Below are positions 47,132-59,222 of a stretch of 64,000 nt of DNA, one piece after another. The position numbers and the translations under genes are program-made. The first letter of the stretch is position 1. Every line of letters starts with the position of its first letter. The notes below the pieces were generated by a model. It had not been told where the DNA came from. It was given only the letters and a program-made list of their open reading frames with translations, and ran no database searches. Origin of the DNA: Antedon mediterranea (lineage: Eukaryota > Animalia > Echinodermata). The DNA lies in NCBI RefSeq assembly GCF_964355755.1, contig NC_092677.1, positions 9,632,101-9,696,100 on the forward strand, in the 5' to 3' direction.

Positions 47132-50100
47132 ATGCAAGAGAAAACTAAAAGTAAATCAAGTTCATTTACCAGTCCATCAACTGTTAAAACCTACAATAGT
47201 GCAGCAGCAGTTATAAAATTCCGCAGTTCAAGCAATCCAAACAATCTTGTTGATTCTTCATCGGATGAAGACGATTTTGAGAAAATACCAACGCCACCGA
47301 AATCTTCAAATAATGGCAATATACCGGTAAAAGTTCAGAATGGAATGGATAAAGTCAACTCCCGGATTGGGAATACTGAAAACGACCAATCAGCCGGAAG
47401 GCAGTCAGGTAGAAATATGGATGTACCCACCTTGTCTGTACTCGCACCTCCTCCTGATTTTGTTGAGCATGCTAACCCAAGTTTAATGTTTCAAAAAAGG
47501 TTTAACCCCTTTACCAAGTTTCCACATATGGACGATGGCCATTTTGGTGACTATAACACTGCACAAATACTGAAGACTAACAACAGTGACATACTAGGTA
47601 CGTTGCCATGTTTCCATAATGTGGCAAATAACCTACAATTGGAGAATTGGGGTAGTTCCTTTTTGGCACAAAAAGTATTCTTTTTATTTCCTTATGGATA
47701 GTGTTTTTTGTTAGTTTTTGGTTGGGTTTTTTTTGGCATGAATTTTGTTTGTATCAGTATCATGGCGCTACTGCAGTTTCGCACCACACTGTTATATTTT
47801 CGATTTCTCACCTAAACTTTCGTGTTTTACACTTCACAACATAATATTATGTAACATGTTTATACGATTCGACCACTTACGAAGTAATTTTTTTTAAATA
47901 ACAATACTTTTCAAAACATTTTAAACAATACTGAACTCGCTGTCAACACACTGCAAAATGTTCGCCATCTTATATTTATCACTCAATTGCCAGAATTTAT
48001 GCTTCATTTTACCCCAAAAATTGTAGAAACTATAGAGGGCAGTGTTATAAAATCCGATTACACATATATAGGCCTATTTAGTTTTGAAAAGCAAGAAATG
48101 TTTTCAGCTGGCGAAATAAAGGTTAAATTAATACTTCATTATTAGTATTATTATTCATATTAATGGTTCCTATCAATGTTTTATGTACGGACTCATATCG
48201 TCGCCGTTTTGATATGTACAGCTGGTTCTTTATAAAAACCACTCTTTGCAGTTTAAAAATAAAAACAGAAAATAAAACATACATTGATTTCTGGCAATTT
48301 TCTGATTCTAAAATGGCCACAGTTCGATCGAAGTATTCGCGAAAAAAGGAGCTGTTTTGAAAGGCATTTTTTATTGTGATAAAGGTAATATATTATTATT
48401 ATTATTATTTATTGCCAAAAAAACCAGTTACAAACAAACAAAACACAGAAACTAAGGGAGTAGGCAGGAACCTAAAAGTGAACCTAATCACTATAACAAG
48501 AGTTCAGGTTCCGTACTCTCAAAGTAACAACAATGATATAAAATAAACTATATAAAAATATTTAAAAAACAAATAGACGAATCAACAGTGTCAACGGCTA
48601 AATCATGGGAACATGTTACATAATGGCCCAAAATTGTATGATGTGGGTGTGAGAAAAAAATTAAGCGAGAAATCGAAGATATAACAGTGTGGTGTGAAAC
48701 TGCAGTAGCGCTGTATCATTTGGTCATGTGTAAAAAAGTATGTTTATAAATACCTGTATGTATGCTAATGTACTATGTTAATATGTGTGTTAATGTACAG
48801 TATGTTAATATGTGTGTTAATGTACAGTATGTTAATATGTATGCTAATGTATAGTACTATGTTAATATGTGTGTTAATGTACAGTATGTTAATATATGTA
48901 TGTTAATGTACAGTATGTTAATATGTATGTTAATGTACAGTATGTTAATATGTATGTTAATGTACAGTATGTTAATATGTATGTTAATGTACAGTATGTT
49001 AATATATGTGTTAATGTACAGTATGTTAATATGTATGTTAATGTACAGTATGTTAATATGTATGTTAATGTACAGTATGTTAATATGTATGTTAATGTAC
49101 AGTATGTTAATATGTGTGTTAATGTACAGTATGTTAATATGTATGTTAATGTACAGTATGTTAATATGTATGTTATCTATGTGGCCTGTTGTGCATTGAA
49201 CAAGAACTATAACTTATATGTAAAGCTATTGCAACACCCAAAAAGTATTGGTTTGACCTAACGCCACATCATTTTGCATTTGTTGGGCTTATTATGCTTA
49301 TTTTACAAGTTGGCATTTTGCTTTTACTGGGTTTTCATACTTTCTAATCATCTTCATACTTTCATCGTAATGTCAATGTCAGCTTTATTGCATTTTTTTC
49401 AGTTGGTTATCTAATTAAAATTATAATTTCTTTTCGTATCATTATTGCATATTAATTTAATTTTCATGAAGGCATTGCCGCATTTTTTTTAATGTTTGTA
49501 TTACAGTAGTAGATTTTTTTTGTCAGTTTGTCTGTTTGCCTGCTTGACTATCCCATTCTTTTCAAAATTTACATATTATACATTTATATTCTATGGCTAC
49601 CTGGCAAAACTAGACATGTCTAGTTGGTTGATGTTTTCTATCCATATTGACATAAACATTGACATATTCAATTGGAAAATCTTTGTCCCGTTAATTGCGA
49701 CAAGCTCATTTATTGAATAGTTTAAAAAAACTCTGTAATAAATAAATACTTAACCGAATAACAATACTCAACTTCAAAGTCTTAAATATGTCAAATGGAT
49801 ACTGGTATAAAGCCCTAGCTGTCTACACTATCAAACTTTGTGTGACAAAAAATGTGCCCATATATGGACATGATGATGTCATATCACTACCATATTTGGG
49901 CATATCACTACCATATTTGGGCACAACTTTTTTTGTCAAACTAGTTTGATAGTGTAGACAGAGCTTTACAGTAAAAAAATGTTCATGGCTAACAATCAGA
50001 ACCAGACCTTGGTCTGGTCTAGCAGATAATTTTAATCTGTTAACAACCCTGAATTTGAATGTAAATACTACAATACAGGTATTTTGTTCTGCGTACTGTA

Positions 50101-53100
50101 GGTCAAACAATGAACAACCAGCTAGAGGTTAAGCCACGTAATATAGATGAAATGAGTGATTCCAGTGATACCAACTCAATATTTTCGCTAGATGATACAC
50201 AATTTGCAAACATCACAGATGAGGACTTAGGCCTGGCTGAGGACCACTTCTCTCGACCCGAGGTATGGTGGTGGCATAAATTTCCACAATTTTTTTTCTC
50301 TGGAGAATGATTTAATGAGTCAGAAATGTATAGACAATCTCATGCCAATGCTCTAATAACTACTTGTATTCCTAAATATCTGCATTGGATCAACATGAAA
50401 ATTCCTCAATTTGGGTGGGGTTATATCAATGCTGTAAAAAATATAGTGGGTGGCTTGTATTCCTATGTGTATTGGATCAGTATGACAATTCCTCAATTTG
50501 GGTGGGGTTATATCAATGCTGTAAAAAATATAGTGGGTGGCTTGTATTCCTATATGTGTATTGGATCAACATGAAAATTCCTCAATTTGGGTGGGGTTAT
50601 ATCAATGCTGTAAAAAATATAGTGGGTGGCTTGTATTCCTATATGTGTATTGGTTCAACATGAAAATTCCAAAATTTGGGTGGGGTTATATCAATGCTGT
50701 AAAAAATATAGTGGGTGGCTTGTATTCCTATGTGTATTGGATCAACATGAAAATTCCTCAATTTGGGTGGGGTTATATCAATGCTGTAAAAAATATAGTG
50801 GGTGGCTTGTATTCCTATCTGCATTGGATCAGTATGACAATTCCTCAATTTTAGGTGGCATTATATCCAGGACCGATGGGCTTACAATTGAGCTGTACTA
50901 ACAAATATCTAAAATATTATATTTTATGTACAGTATTATAAAAAATAAAATTGATTATTAACAATTAGTTAATGTTTAACCATCTTACACTACAGTTAGA
51001 TTGTGTAAATTATTTAGTAGACAGAATAGTGACCTTTAACCTTAGAGATTGTCTATGCTTTAACCTTAGATCATGGTTATGAAATACTTAATTAGCAAAT
51101 AATTATTTTACTGATATCTTGAAATCAATGACTCGGATATCATGTAAGGTGTTAGGATCTATAGTCAGTTTGATGTGTCAGGATATATACAGTTGTGTTC
51201 CTATTGATGTATGAGTCATCTGATTATGCACAATATATGAAGCAGAGTGTACATTAGCTTGAGGGAAAATATTAAGCTACATCAGCCGGATAAGTTGCAA
51301 CATTAAATTTGAGTGATGCTAAAGTTGAAATATACTTAGATAATATAGTGAACTAGTATTATATCTCTATAGTTGAAATCTAACTGGTGGAAAACCCTAA
51401 TAAAATGTACAGTTACCTAAATTGGTTTTCCACTAAGTTCTGCATTATAGTGTAAAAGTTACTGCAGAAAAAAATTGAATTCCAGTGGTTCCTTTTCCTT
51501 CTATTGAATTTCAAATTAATTCTCAAAACCCATAAATTTGGGCTAACCTGAGGATGTCAAATCCTCGGAAAGTTTTTTGTACTATTTGTCATCCATCCAA
51601 GGTTTTCAAAATTGTGTCCAAGATATGGTTCAATTTTTTCTAGTTCATAATTACATTATTCTTCATCAACTACTATTTAAGCGTAAAATAGAGCAGAATA
51701 TACATCATATGGGTAGGAGGGTATTATTAATACATGGGAAGTAAATAATGATAATAATTAACAAGGTCGTTAGAAGTAGGTCTGAGCATGCCCATTTCTG
51801 ATAAAAGTCCAAATTTCGCAGGATGTTCAACGTACTTATGACCTTAAAATTTAATTATTTTGCCAAATCTAATGGAATTTTGCCAGAATTACAACGAAAT
51901 ACTTTATAAGGTACCATTATTAACAATAACGTTAACGCTTACGGTCGTGGCATCATGGCGCTGTGTAAAGGATTTTTATGTTACAAGACAGTATGGTCTC
52001 GTCCAGTGGTCAATTGTCCAGTTAATCAGGTAGAACATAAAAGTATAATAGATTAATACAATATTTTTTTTACTATTTATTATTATGTGAGGTTAGTTTA
52101 GATATTTCTTTGTAAGTTAATTAGAATTAAATTTTGTAGCTAAAAGTATCAGAATCATCAAGCAATAGGGAGTGTTGTATGATGTTTTTTTTTATTCTGT
52201 AGACCATCTCCTCCTGGATAGCTTTGGTAGATGAAAAAAAAATGTTTCTAAATGTTCTGCCCATGTCTTTATTCTTTTCAACTGAATTACTGTTTTTGCT
52301 TTGACTTGGCTAACTATATATCGTATAGTGAATACTCATTTAATATTAACGAACAATTTTTACTTTGGATTTAACCATGATTTACCCATTTCACTATTTT
52401 AATGCATTTTCTCGAGACCTACTTATCCAAAAAACTTCATTTTTGTACAAGAGGCAAGAGTTATAATTTGTGATTTGTAATTTTAAAACATAATTTGATT
52501 TGATGTACAGGATGTTTGATACAAGTAGTTTTAAAAAACCTATTTCTTTTCAAATTCACTCATTTGTTTTTGGCGTTGCTGAGCCATTATACTATAGTTG
52601 AAAGGCTGGTTTGTACATAGCCATTACACTCGCATACACACATGGTTGTATTGAAATTTGCCTAATCACACACAATGTATATTATGAAATCTTATGTAGC
52701 GGAATTTTACAGTATGCGGAGTGCCCTTTTTCTAGTTTAGTCTGAATTTGTGCTGGAAAGGTCACAAACTGATATTAGTTCACATTCTTTTCATTTCAAA
52801 AGATTTTTTTTTTCAAATAAAACACAAGAGTAGCTTTATTTTACTGCTCAGTGTGTCTGTGGTTATTGTACAATTTAACAGTAAAAAATGTGTTAATTAA
52901 TTCTGAAATCTAAAAAAAGAGTATCAATAATTGGAATGATGGAATTTGTTTTTGAGCTAAACTTACGCGAGGTAAGCCGATAATTAATTTCTTTTGCCAA
53001 GATAGTTAAAAGAAAACACTATTTATTATATTAATGCTCTGAAAAAAGTTTGTATTTATAGAAGCTCATTTTTAGGCCAAGATATTTACAACAACTGTGT

Positions 53101-56100
53101 AGGAATTCAGATTCTCTCACACTCAGTATTTCCTTTTTCGCTGTGTGGACATGATCTTAATACTATTAAGCTGGGCTGTGTGGACATGATCTTAATACTA
53201 TTAAGCTGGGCTGTGTGGACGTGATCTTAATACTATTAAGCTGGGCTGTGTGGACATGATCTTAATACTATTAAGCTGGGCTGTGTGGATGTGATCTTAA
53301 TACTAGTAAGCTAGACTGTGTGGACATGATCTTAATACTAGTAAGCTAGACTGTGTGGACATGATCTTAATACTTGTAAGCTAGACTGTGTTGGCATGAT
53401 CTTAATACTAGTAAGCTAGACTGTGTGGACATGATCTTAAAACTAGTACAGTAAGCTAGACTGTGTGGACATGATTAATAGTTTTTAAAGCTGGGTTCTG
53501 TGGACGTGATTAATAGTATTAGGCTGAGTTCTGTGGACATGCATTTATCTTGTAAATTGTATTGTTTTAATATTATGAAAGAATGCTTTAAAAATATGAA
53601 TAATTCTACTTCAATTTTTAGAGAATGGGATTTTTTCAGATTTATTTTTCCCCTATTTTACCATGTATTTGTTTTCTTCTGTTTGTTATTTTGTTGTTAT
53701 GCAGGATTATTTTGTTTGCAATAGCATGCTTGATGTGTTTGTTGCTATGCTGGTTTCTATGTAGTTAGTTTATCTTTCAGTTCTATGTAATTTTCAAACT
53801 TTAGACTGTTCATGTTTGACATCCTGATTGTGTTGCTTGCGTACACAATGTTATCTTACCGGTATTTTAAATAGTGTAGATGCAACCATAGGAACAAAAC
53901 AATAAAAAAAAACAAGCTAGACAAAAATATGAATTTATTTAATAAATACTGTATTTAATAGCACCCATATATTTATATAGTCCTTGAAAAATTTATGGAT
54001 TGATTCTAGTGAGGATTAGGGTGCCTGAACCAATCTGAACATTTTCTTTTGGTAATTAGTAAAATAATGGTTGTATGGCTATTCCAACTGCTCATGCTTA
54101 TATTTTTTCGCAAGATTTTGTAATTTATCTGTGTACAAATTAGAATAGAATCGGTATTAAGAGGACACCTTTAAAACTAAATAGTGGTGTCCCCTGAATA
54201 GTGGTGTCCCCTGAATAGGGGTGTCCCCTGAATAGGGATGTCCCCTGAATAGGGGTGTCCCCTGAATAGGGGTGTCCCCTGAATAGGGGTGTCCCCTGAA
54301 TAGGGGTGTCCCCTGAATAGTGGTGTCCCCTGAATAGGGGTGTCCCCTGAATAGGGGTGTCCCCTGAATAGGGGTGTCCCCTGAATAGGGGTTGGGTGAA
54401 GTCCTCATACATTTCATGGTAAAGTAACTGCTAAATATGAATTTCCCAAAGGAGGCGTTCTAATTGTGCGTTGAATTATTTCATTGTAAAATGGATCATC
54501 ATGATGTAATTGTATGAAAGGATAACATTATAATTGATTGATTGATCACTTGATTTCTGAATAAAAATTCGAACAATACAAAACAGAAAATCACACTAAA
54601 ATAGGATTTTCTTTTATTTAGTGAAGAGATTTGAAGATCGTAACATAGTTCGTAGTACACATAACAAGATCATTTTCACTATTCAAGACTCTTATTCTAA
54701 AACCATAGACGCACTTGCGGATATGTTCAGCATCTCTGGGGTTTTTTTTTTCAGGGTTTCTTTGGATACAGTAAAGTTGAGGAGTTGGAACTTGCAATTG
54801 AAAACTGTAAAGTTATGCTGCAAAAAAGTGATGAACACTCTGAACACAGGAGGGCGCTCGTCAACAAACTTGTACAGCTTCGCATGAAACTTTTAGAAGT
54901 AAAGGTAAATATATCTTCTTTTATTCTTTATAAATGTAGCTATGTAATTGTAATGGAGTAAACTCTCCCAACTCTAGTCTATGAAATCCAGAAACTCTTC
55001 CAAAACCTTTTCTTGAGGCCCAGAAAGTCCAACATTTTTACCAGTAATTACACATTCTGAATACCAGACTTTCCAGAAAACCAGACATATTAGGCTAGCC
55101 CAAAGGTGTCTGGTATTGGGAGAGTTGACTGTGTTACATTGCAGAAGTTGTTAGAGGGCGCTATACACATAATTTCAGCCAGGAACAAGGTATACATTGG
55201 TTTTTTAATGATTAATCAAGAAGGATATGTGGGTGTATTTAAATATGAATATTCATCACAGCAGATAAATGAAAACAGTTGAGAAATAGTGTCTCATTAA
55301 AGGTTTGTATGAGTGAGACCCATTCAGTATTGAAATGAAAATCAGTTTTCTTATGAAATGTATATGGAACCATTAAACCATAAGCTATTTAAAAGAAACA
55401 AAAAATTATTCCAGATTTTCACAGATATATTGTCCTCCAAAATCGTGAAAAATGAAGATTTATAAATCAGACTTTGAATAGACCATTTTACAGTTTTATT
55501 AAAGCTAATCACCTCCCGTTCCATATAGGGGAAAAATGATAAAATAAACAGTTAAATTTAACCAAACCCCCATTGTCTATCAGACAATTTGGCTATTTTT
55601 TTCCTTTCAATTACAGTTAGTTATCTCAGTTAATTATTTTTTTTGGGTGATCCAATTTTTGGTCAAAGTGAATAATATGTGACAATGACATTAAAAAGGC
55701 ATATTCAACAACAAATATGTTAAAATAATTTTTTTTTTATGGAGACAATATATCTTTAAAGTTAAATTAATATAAACCGTTCAAATTTTTTATTTCTGAC
55801 TACTATACTATATGAACTAATTCCCAAATTTTAATCTAATTACAGTTACTAAAGTTACATAATTTACTGATTCGTTAAAGGGACCTTAACATTGAAATTG
55901 AAATGTCGAATTATCAAAACTTGTTTATTGTTGTATTTATTTGTTTGGTTGTCATGATTTATTAGTGCCATAGTTACAACTAATACTGTGCATTGTGAAT
56001 TTATCAGCAAATTGTCAACAGTAATGAACTAGTCCAGGGATCATCTTGGAATAGTATTCCAGGATAATTATATGTTTAGGGTGTGTTTTAATTACTGTAC

Positions 56101-58605
56101 AGGGGAAAAAAACGGATTCAAATATATTTGTTTGTTTATAATAATGAATAATTAACAATACGATCATTTAATCAAACATATTCATAATTTTTGTTTTCAA
56201 TTTAGATGGATAATCATGTACTAAACATGAAATATATAATTTTTTTTTTAAACAGTTCTAAATACCATCTATTCAAATGCAATAAACTATTTCTTTATCA
56301 ATTTGTTTGCATTGAAACTGAGAGTCTACTACTTTGGTGCCTTCACATAGAAACCAAATCAAAAGTTTTTTTGGGGTTTTTTCGTTTAGTAAATTGGATA
56401 AATGGTTTACAGTAGAGGTGTGATGTAATTGCTCCTCTTCACCATGGATCTATCATTTTACACTGCAGCTCCATTTTACCATTTAATTTCCCTTAATGAA
56501 TTTATAGGTCCATGGAATAAACAAACATATTTTGAATTTAAAAAACTGAAAGAGGAAGTTATCTAAAGAAAACACAACAATGATATGATCGTGAATAGAA
56601 CTTGTTTGTTTATTAAAACGTTGTTTAGGCATTTTTATTGTATACATTGAATGAAAAGGACTCAAATGAGATACTGTACTTGATAATTAGCAATTCCAAC
56701 ATAGATATTCGTTTTATGAAAAAGTGAGTGTGCTCATAATGACTGGATTTTAAGAATGTTGATGTTTAGAGCCCTGTCAAATAATGCAAGAAGGCATGGA
56801 AAGGAAGCAATTCATGGAACCTTTGGGAAGTCCACGGATAATCTTCCGGAAGTGCTGCAATAATGAAATACTGTTTTTAATGATCATGGATCTTCTTTAC
56901 CATGGAAATAATAGTTTGATATGTCAGGAAGTGAACAAGTGAACAACTTGCTAATAGGCAGAGCTCAAGTTCATACCAGCTGAATGAGTGACCTTGTTAT
57001 AGTTAACACTTAACTTGAGTAAAGAATAATGAGTGCTAGTTAAACAATGACTGTCACCTCACCTCAGCATTTGAATTATATTGAAAATTAGAATCCTTTT
57101 TTAACAGTTTTGACAAAAAGATGAAAAACTGATCGAGTTAAAAAACGTAATTTCTGCAAATGTTATGGAACATATTATATATATATATATTCAACAAATA
57201 TACCTAATTTTACCATAATAATAGTGTAATAAAAATGAACAAAAAAGCTGTATTTAAACCATTTTCCTCAAATCCAAATGGTTTAAAAATTAAGGTAATT
57301 TTGTTTTATCTAGCTGAAAATTATTCGGTATTTAATAATTTATATATTATCATAAGAGCCATATATTGCCATGGTATGTCGAATATCAATTCACATATTT
57401 ATTGATTTTTCAGGTCAGGTACCGTACTACTGTAACGTTAGTTGTAGTTAGATTGTTTGTAGGGATCTTGTCATGATATTTGTTTCAAATTGAAACTTGA
57501 TATTTTAGGAGATGTACCTAGATATTTTGCTTATGATAAACAAGATGAGGAGACTGTTTAAATAAAAACCGAAAGTACAATAGCAATGAAATATTATATG
57601 CCAACATGTCTGGTACTACATACAATAGAAGAAACCTCTATTCAGGGACACCAACAAGATTGACACTTTCTTGGGTCCCACCTTATAGTGTAGGCTCTAC
57701 TTTATTTCAAACAATGTATCATTATTGATACATTCAATAGTTTGTCATCCATTGCATTATTATTTTTTTATATGTACAACATTTTTATTTAATTTGTATT
57801 TATTGTACAGTATTATTTTAGACTTTTATTCAACATAAAATCTTTAAAATCCGAAAAGACTGTTTATAATTTATCACAGACATACCATATTAATTATTGA
57901 GAGATGTCTGTAATATACCACTTGGCATGTATACAATCATATACCGGTAGTACACCACATCTGTGTTGCAGACTTTTGCAATTCTATCATTTTTCAGGGA
58001 TCAACTCATATAGTCATATGGTTTAGGAAAACCTTCAGAAAAACAAAAACAGCATTTGGAAAACATGTGTTTTCCATCATTTAAATCATAGATTATTTTT
58101 CAAGTTGAAAATTGATCTATGTAATCCTTGGATTATTTATAAATTTCATATTATCATTGACCTGCTGTGTTAAATTTAGCTATATTTCACACTTTTATTC
58201 AAATTAAGGCCAGTGGGATTTTATTTCCTATGAATTTATGAGAATATTTAAGTAGGATTATTATAAGATATGATTATCTAATCCAAATTAATCCTCATAT
58301 TTTTCTAGTATCCTGAATTTTCAGAATATTCTTAAATCTTTTTATTAATTGCGCAGCATGCTAGTAGTTATCATCTTGCAAAAGTTTTCCTAAATCCAGA
58401 TAATCCAAAAAAATGGATTCAAATTTGATAAATTCAGATTATCCTAATTGTCTTATCTTTCAGTATCCTGAAGAAGAAAATCCAGGTATTAAAGTGATAG
58501 TGGGACATCGCTTTAAAAGGAAACACGGAAAGGGTGTCAACCCTCAATGTGAGAGGTGTAACTCACTGATATGGAGGCTACTGCAGTCATGGTATCGGTG
58601 CATAG
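47132..58605 (+). CDS. DEF8: DEF8 homolog, 5' part; gene continues beyond the window
   Basis: In-frame exons 47132-47597, 50102-50262 (DLGLAEDHFSRPE), 54755-54904 (GFFGYSKVEELELAIENCKVML...LVQLRMKLLEVK) and 58464-58605 (YPEEENPGIKVIVGHRF...CERCNSLIWRLLQSWYRCI, start of a C1 zinc finger) follow the motif order I recall for vertebrate DEF8. Start codon uncertain. Confidence 0.9.
47761..48713. mobile_element. MITE with ~50-bp TIRs in a DEF8 intron
   Basis: GCGCTACTGCAGTTTCGCACCACACTGTTATATTTTCGATTTCTC pairs with GAGAAATCGAAGATATAACAGTGTGGTGTGAAACTGCAGTAGCGC. Confidence 0.8.
48755..49175. repeat. 27-bp minisatellite
   Basis: (ATGTTAATGTACAGTATGTTAATATGT)n, about 15 copies. Confidence 0.95.
49810..49968. 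mobile_element. CTGTCTACACTATCAAAC MITE copy
   Basis: CTGTCTACACTATCAAACT ... AGTTTGATAGTGTAGACAGAGCTTTA with a duplicated CATATCACTACCATATTTGGG core. Confidence 0.85.
50363..50855. repeat. 87-89-bp minisatellite, about 5.5 copies
   Basis: Unit ATTGGATCAACATGAAAATTCCTCAATTTGGGTGGGGTTATATCAATGCTGTAAAAAATATAGTGGGTGGCTTGTATTCCTATGTGT. Confidence 0.95.
53140..53540. repeat. 35-bp minisatellite, about 11 copies
   Basis: (CTGTGTGGACATGATCTTAATACTATTAAGCTGGG)n grading into an ...AGTAAGCTAGA variant. Confidence 0.95.
54180..54392. repeat. 17-bp minisatellite, about 12 copies
   Basis: (GTGTCCCCTGAATAGGG)n. Confidence 0.95.
55423..55757. mobile_element. Small Kolobok-like MITE; related partial copy at ~42320-42572
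   Basis: AGATATATTGTCCTCC pairs imperfectly with GGAGACAATATATCT|TTAA; related sequence in the opposite orientation ends GGGGACAATACATCTTTAA at ~42572. Confidence 0.6.
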
Positions 58606-58949
58606 GTAAGGATCCACAATTTCATACATTTTTACATTTTTCATCATTTATATCTAAATCAATACTTTCTTTTACATCATTGGAAGCATGTAAAGCTCTC
58701 TATCAAACTTTAAGTGACAAAAAAATGTGATGTGACATATGGGCATAATGTTATATATATATATATAACTACCAAATTTTAGCACATCACAGAACTTTAG
58801 TCAATGTTAGACAGACTAGTAAAGAAGCATTGCAAAAGACACCACCAAGATGGCGGAACAGACTCTTGTTTGTCGATATGTCAAGGCGTGCCATAACTCA
58901 TACTATTACAGACAATAATTTTCAGTATTATTCTTTCATTTCCAGAAAA

Positions 58950-59222
58950 ATACTGATCAAGTGTCCAAAATGGTCAAATTGCATATAAAAAACATGTCAA
59001 CAAATTTTTTTTTAAATACATAATAATATGGTTTTGGGGATAAATCACAATAGACTTTGGCTAAAATCATAAAAATGGTAATTGTTCATCCACCCAAATT
59101 AGGCACTTTGAAGTGTGTTTATATTAAAGACCATAAAACACTAAAAGACTGCAATTTTCATAGGGTTTACGTTTTGTACGCAGATAACCTAACTCGTCCT
59201 GAAGACGAGTTCAGATCTAATT
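58950..59222 (+). mobile_element. 3' fragment of a Helentron/DINE-like element related to 40927-42154
   Basis: GCAGATAACCTAACTCGTCCTGAAGACGAGTTCAGATCTAATT matches the 3' subterminal repeat and hairpin at 42112-42154; the left boundary is approximate. Confidence 0.6.

Noticed and set aside
48755-54417. Regular repeats as CRISPR arrays, or their ORFs as repeat proteins
   Set aside because: Units abut with no unique spacers, there are no cas genes, and they lie in eukaryotic introns; the ORFs just reflect stop-free repeat units.
56430-56870. Protein-like plus-strand stretch as an extra DEF8 exon
   Set aside because: Multiple stops, and the flanking DEF8 exons already join in frame without it.
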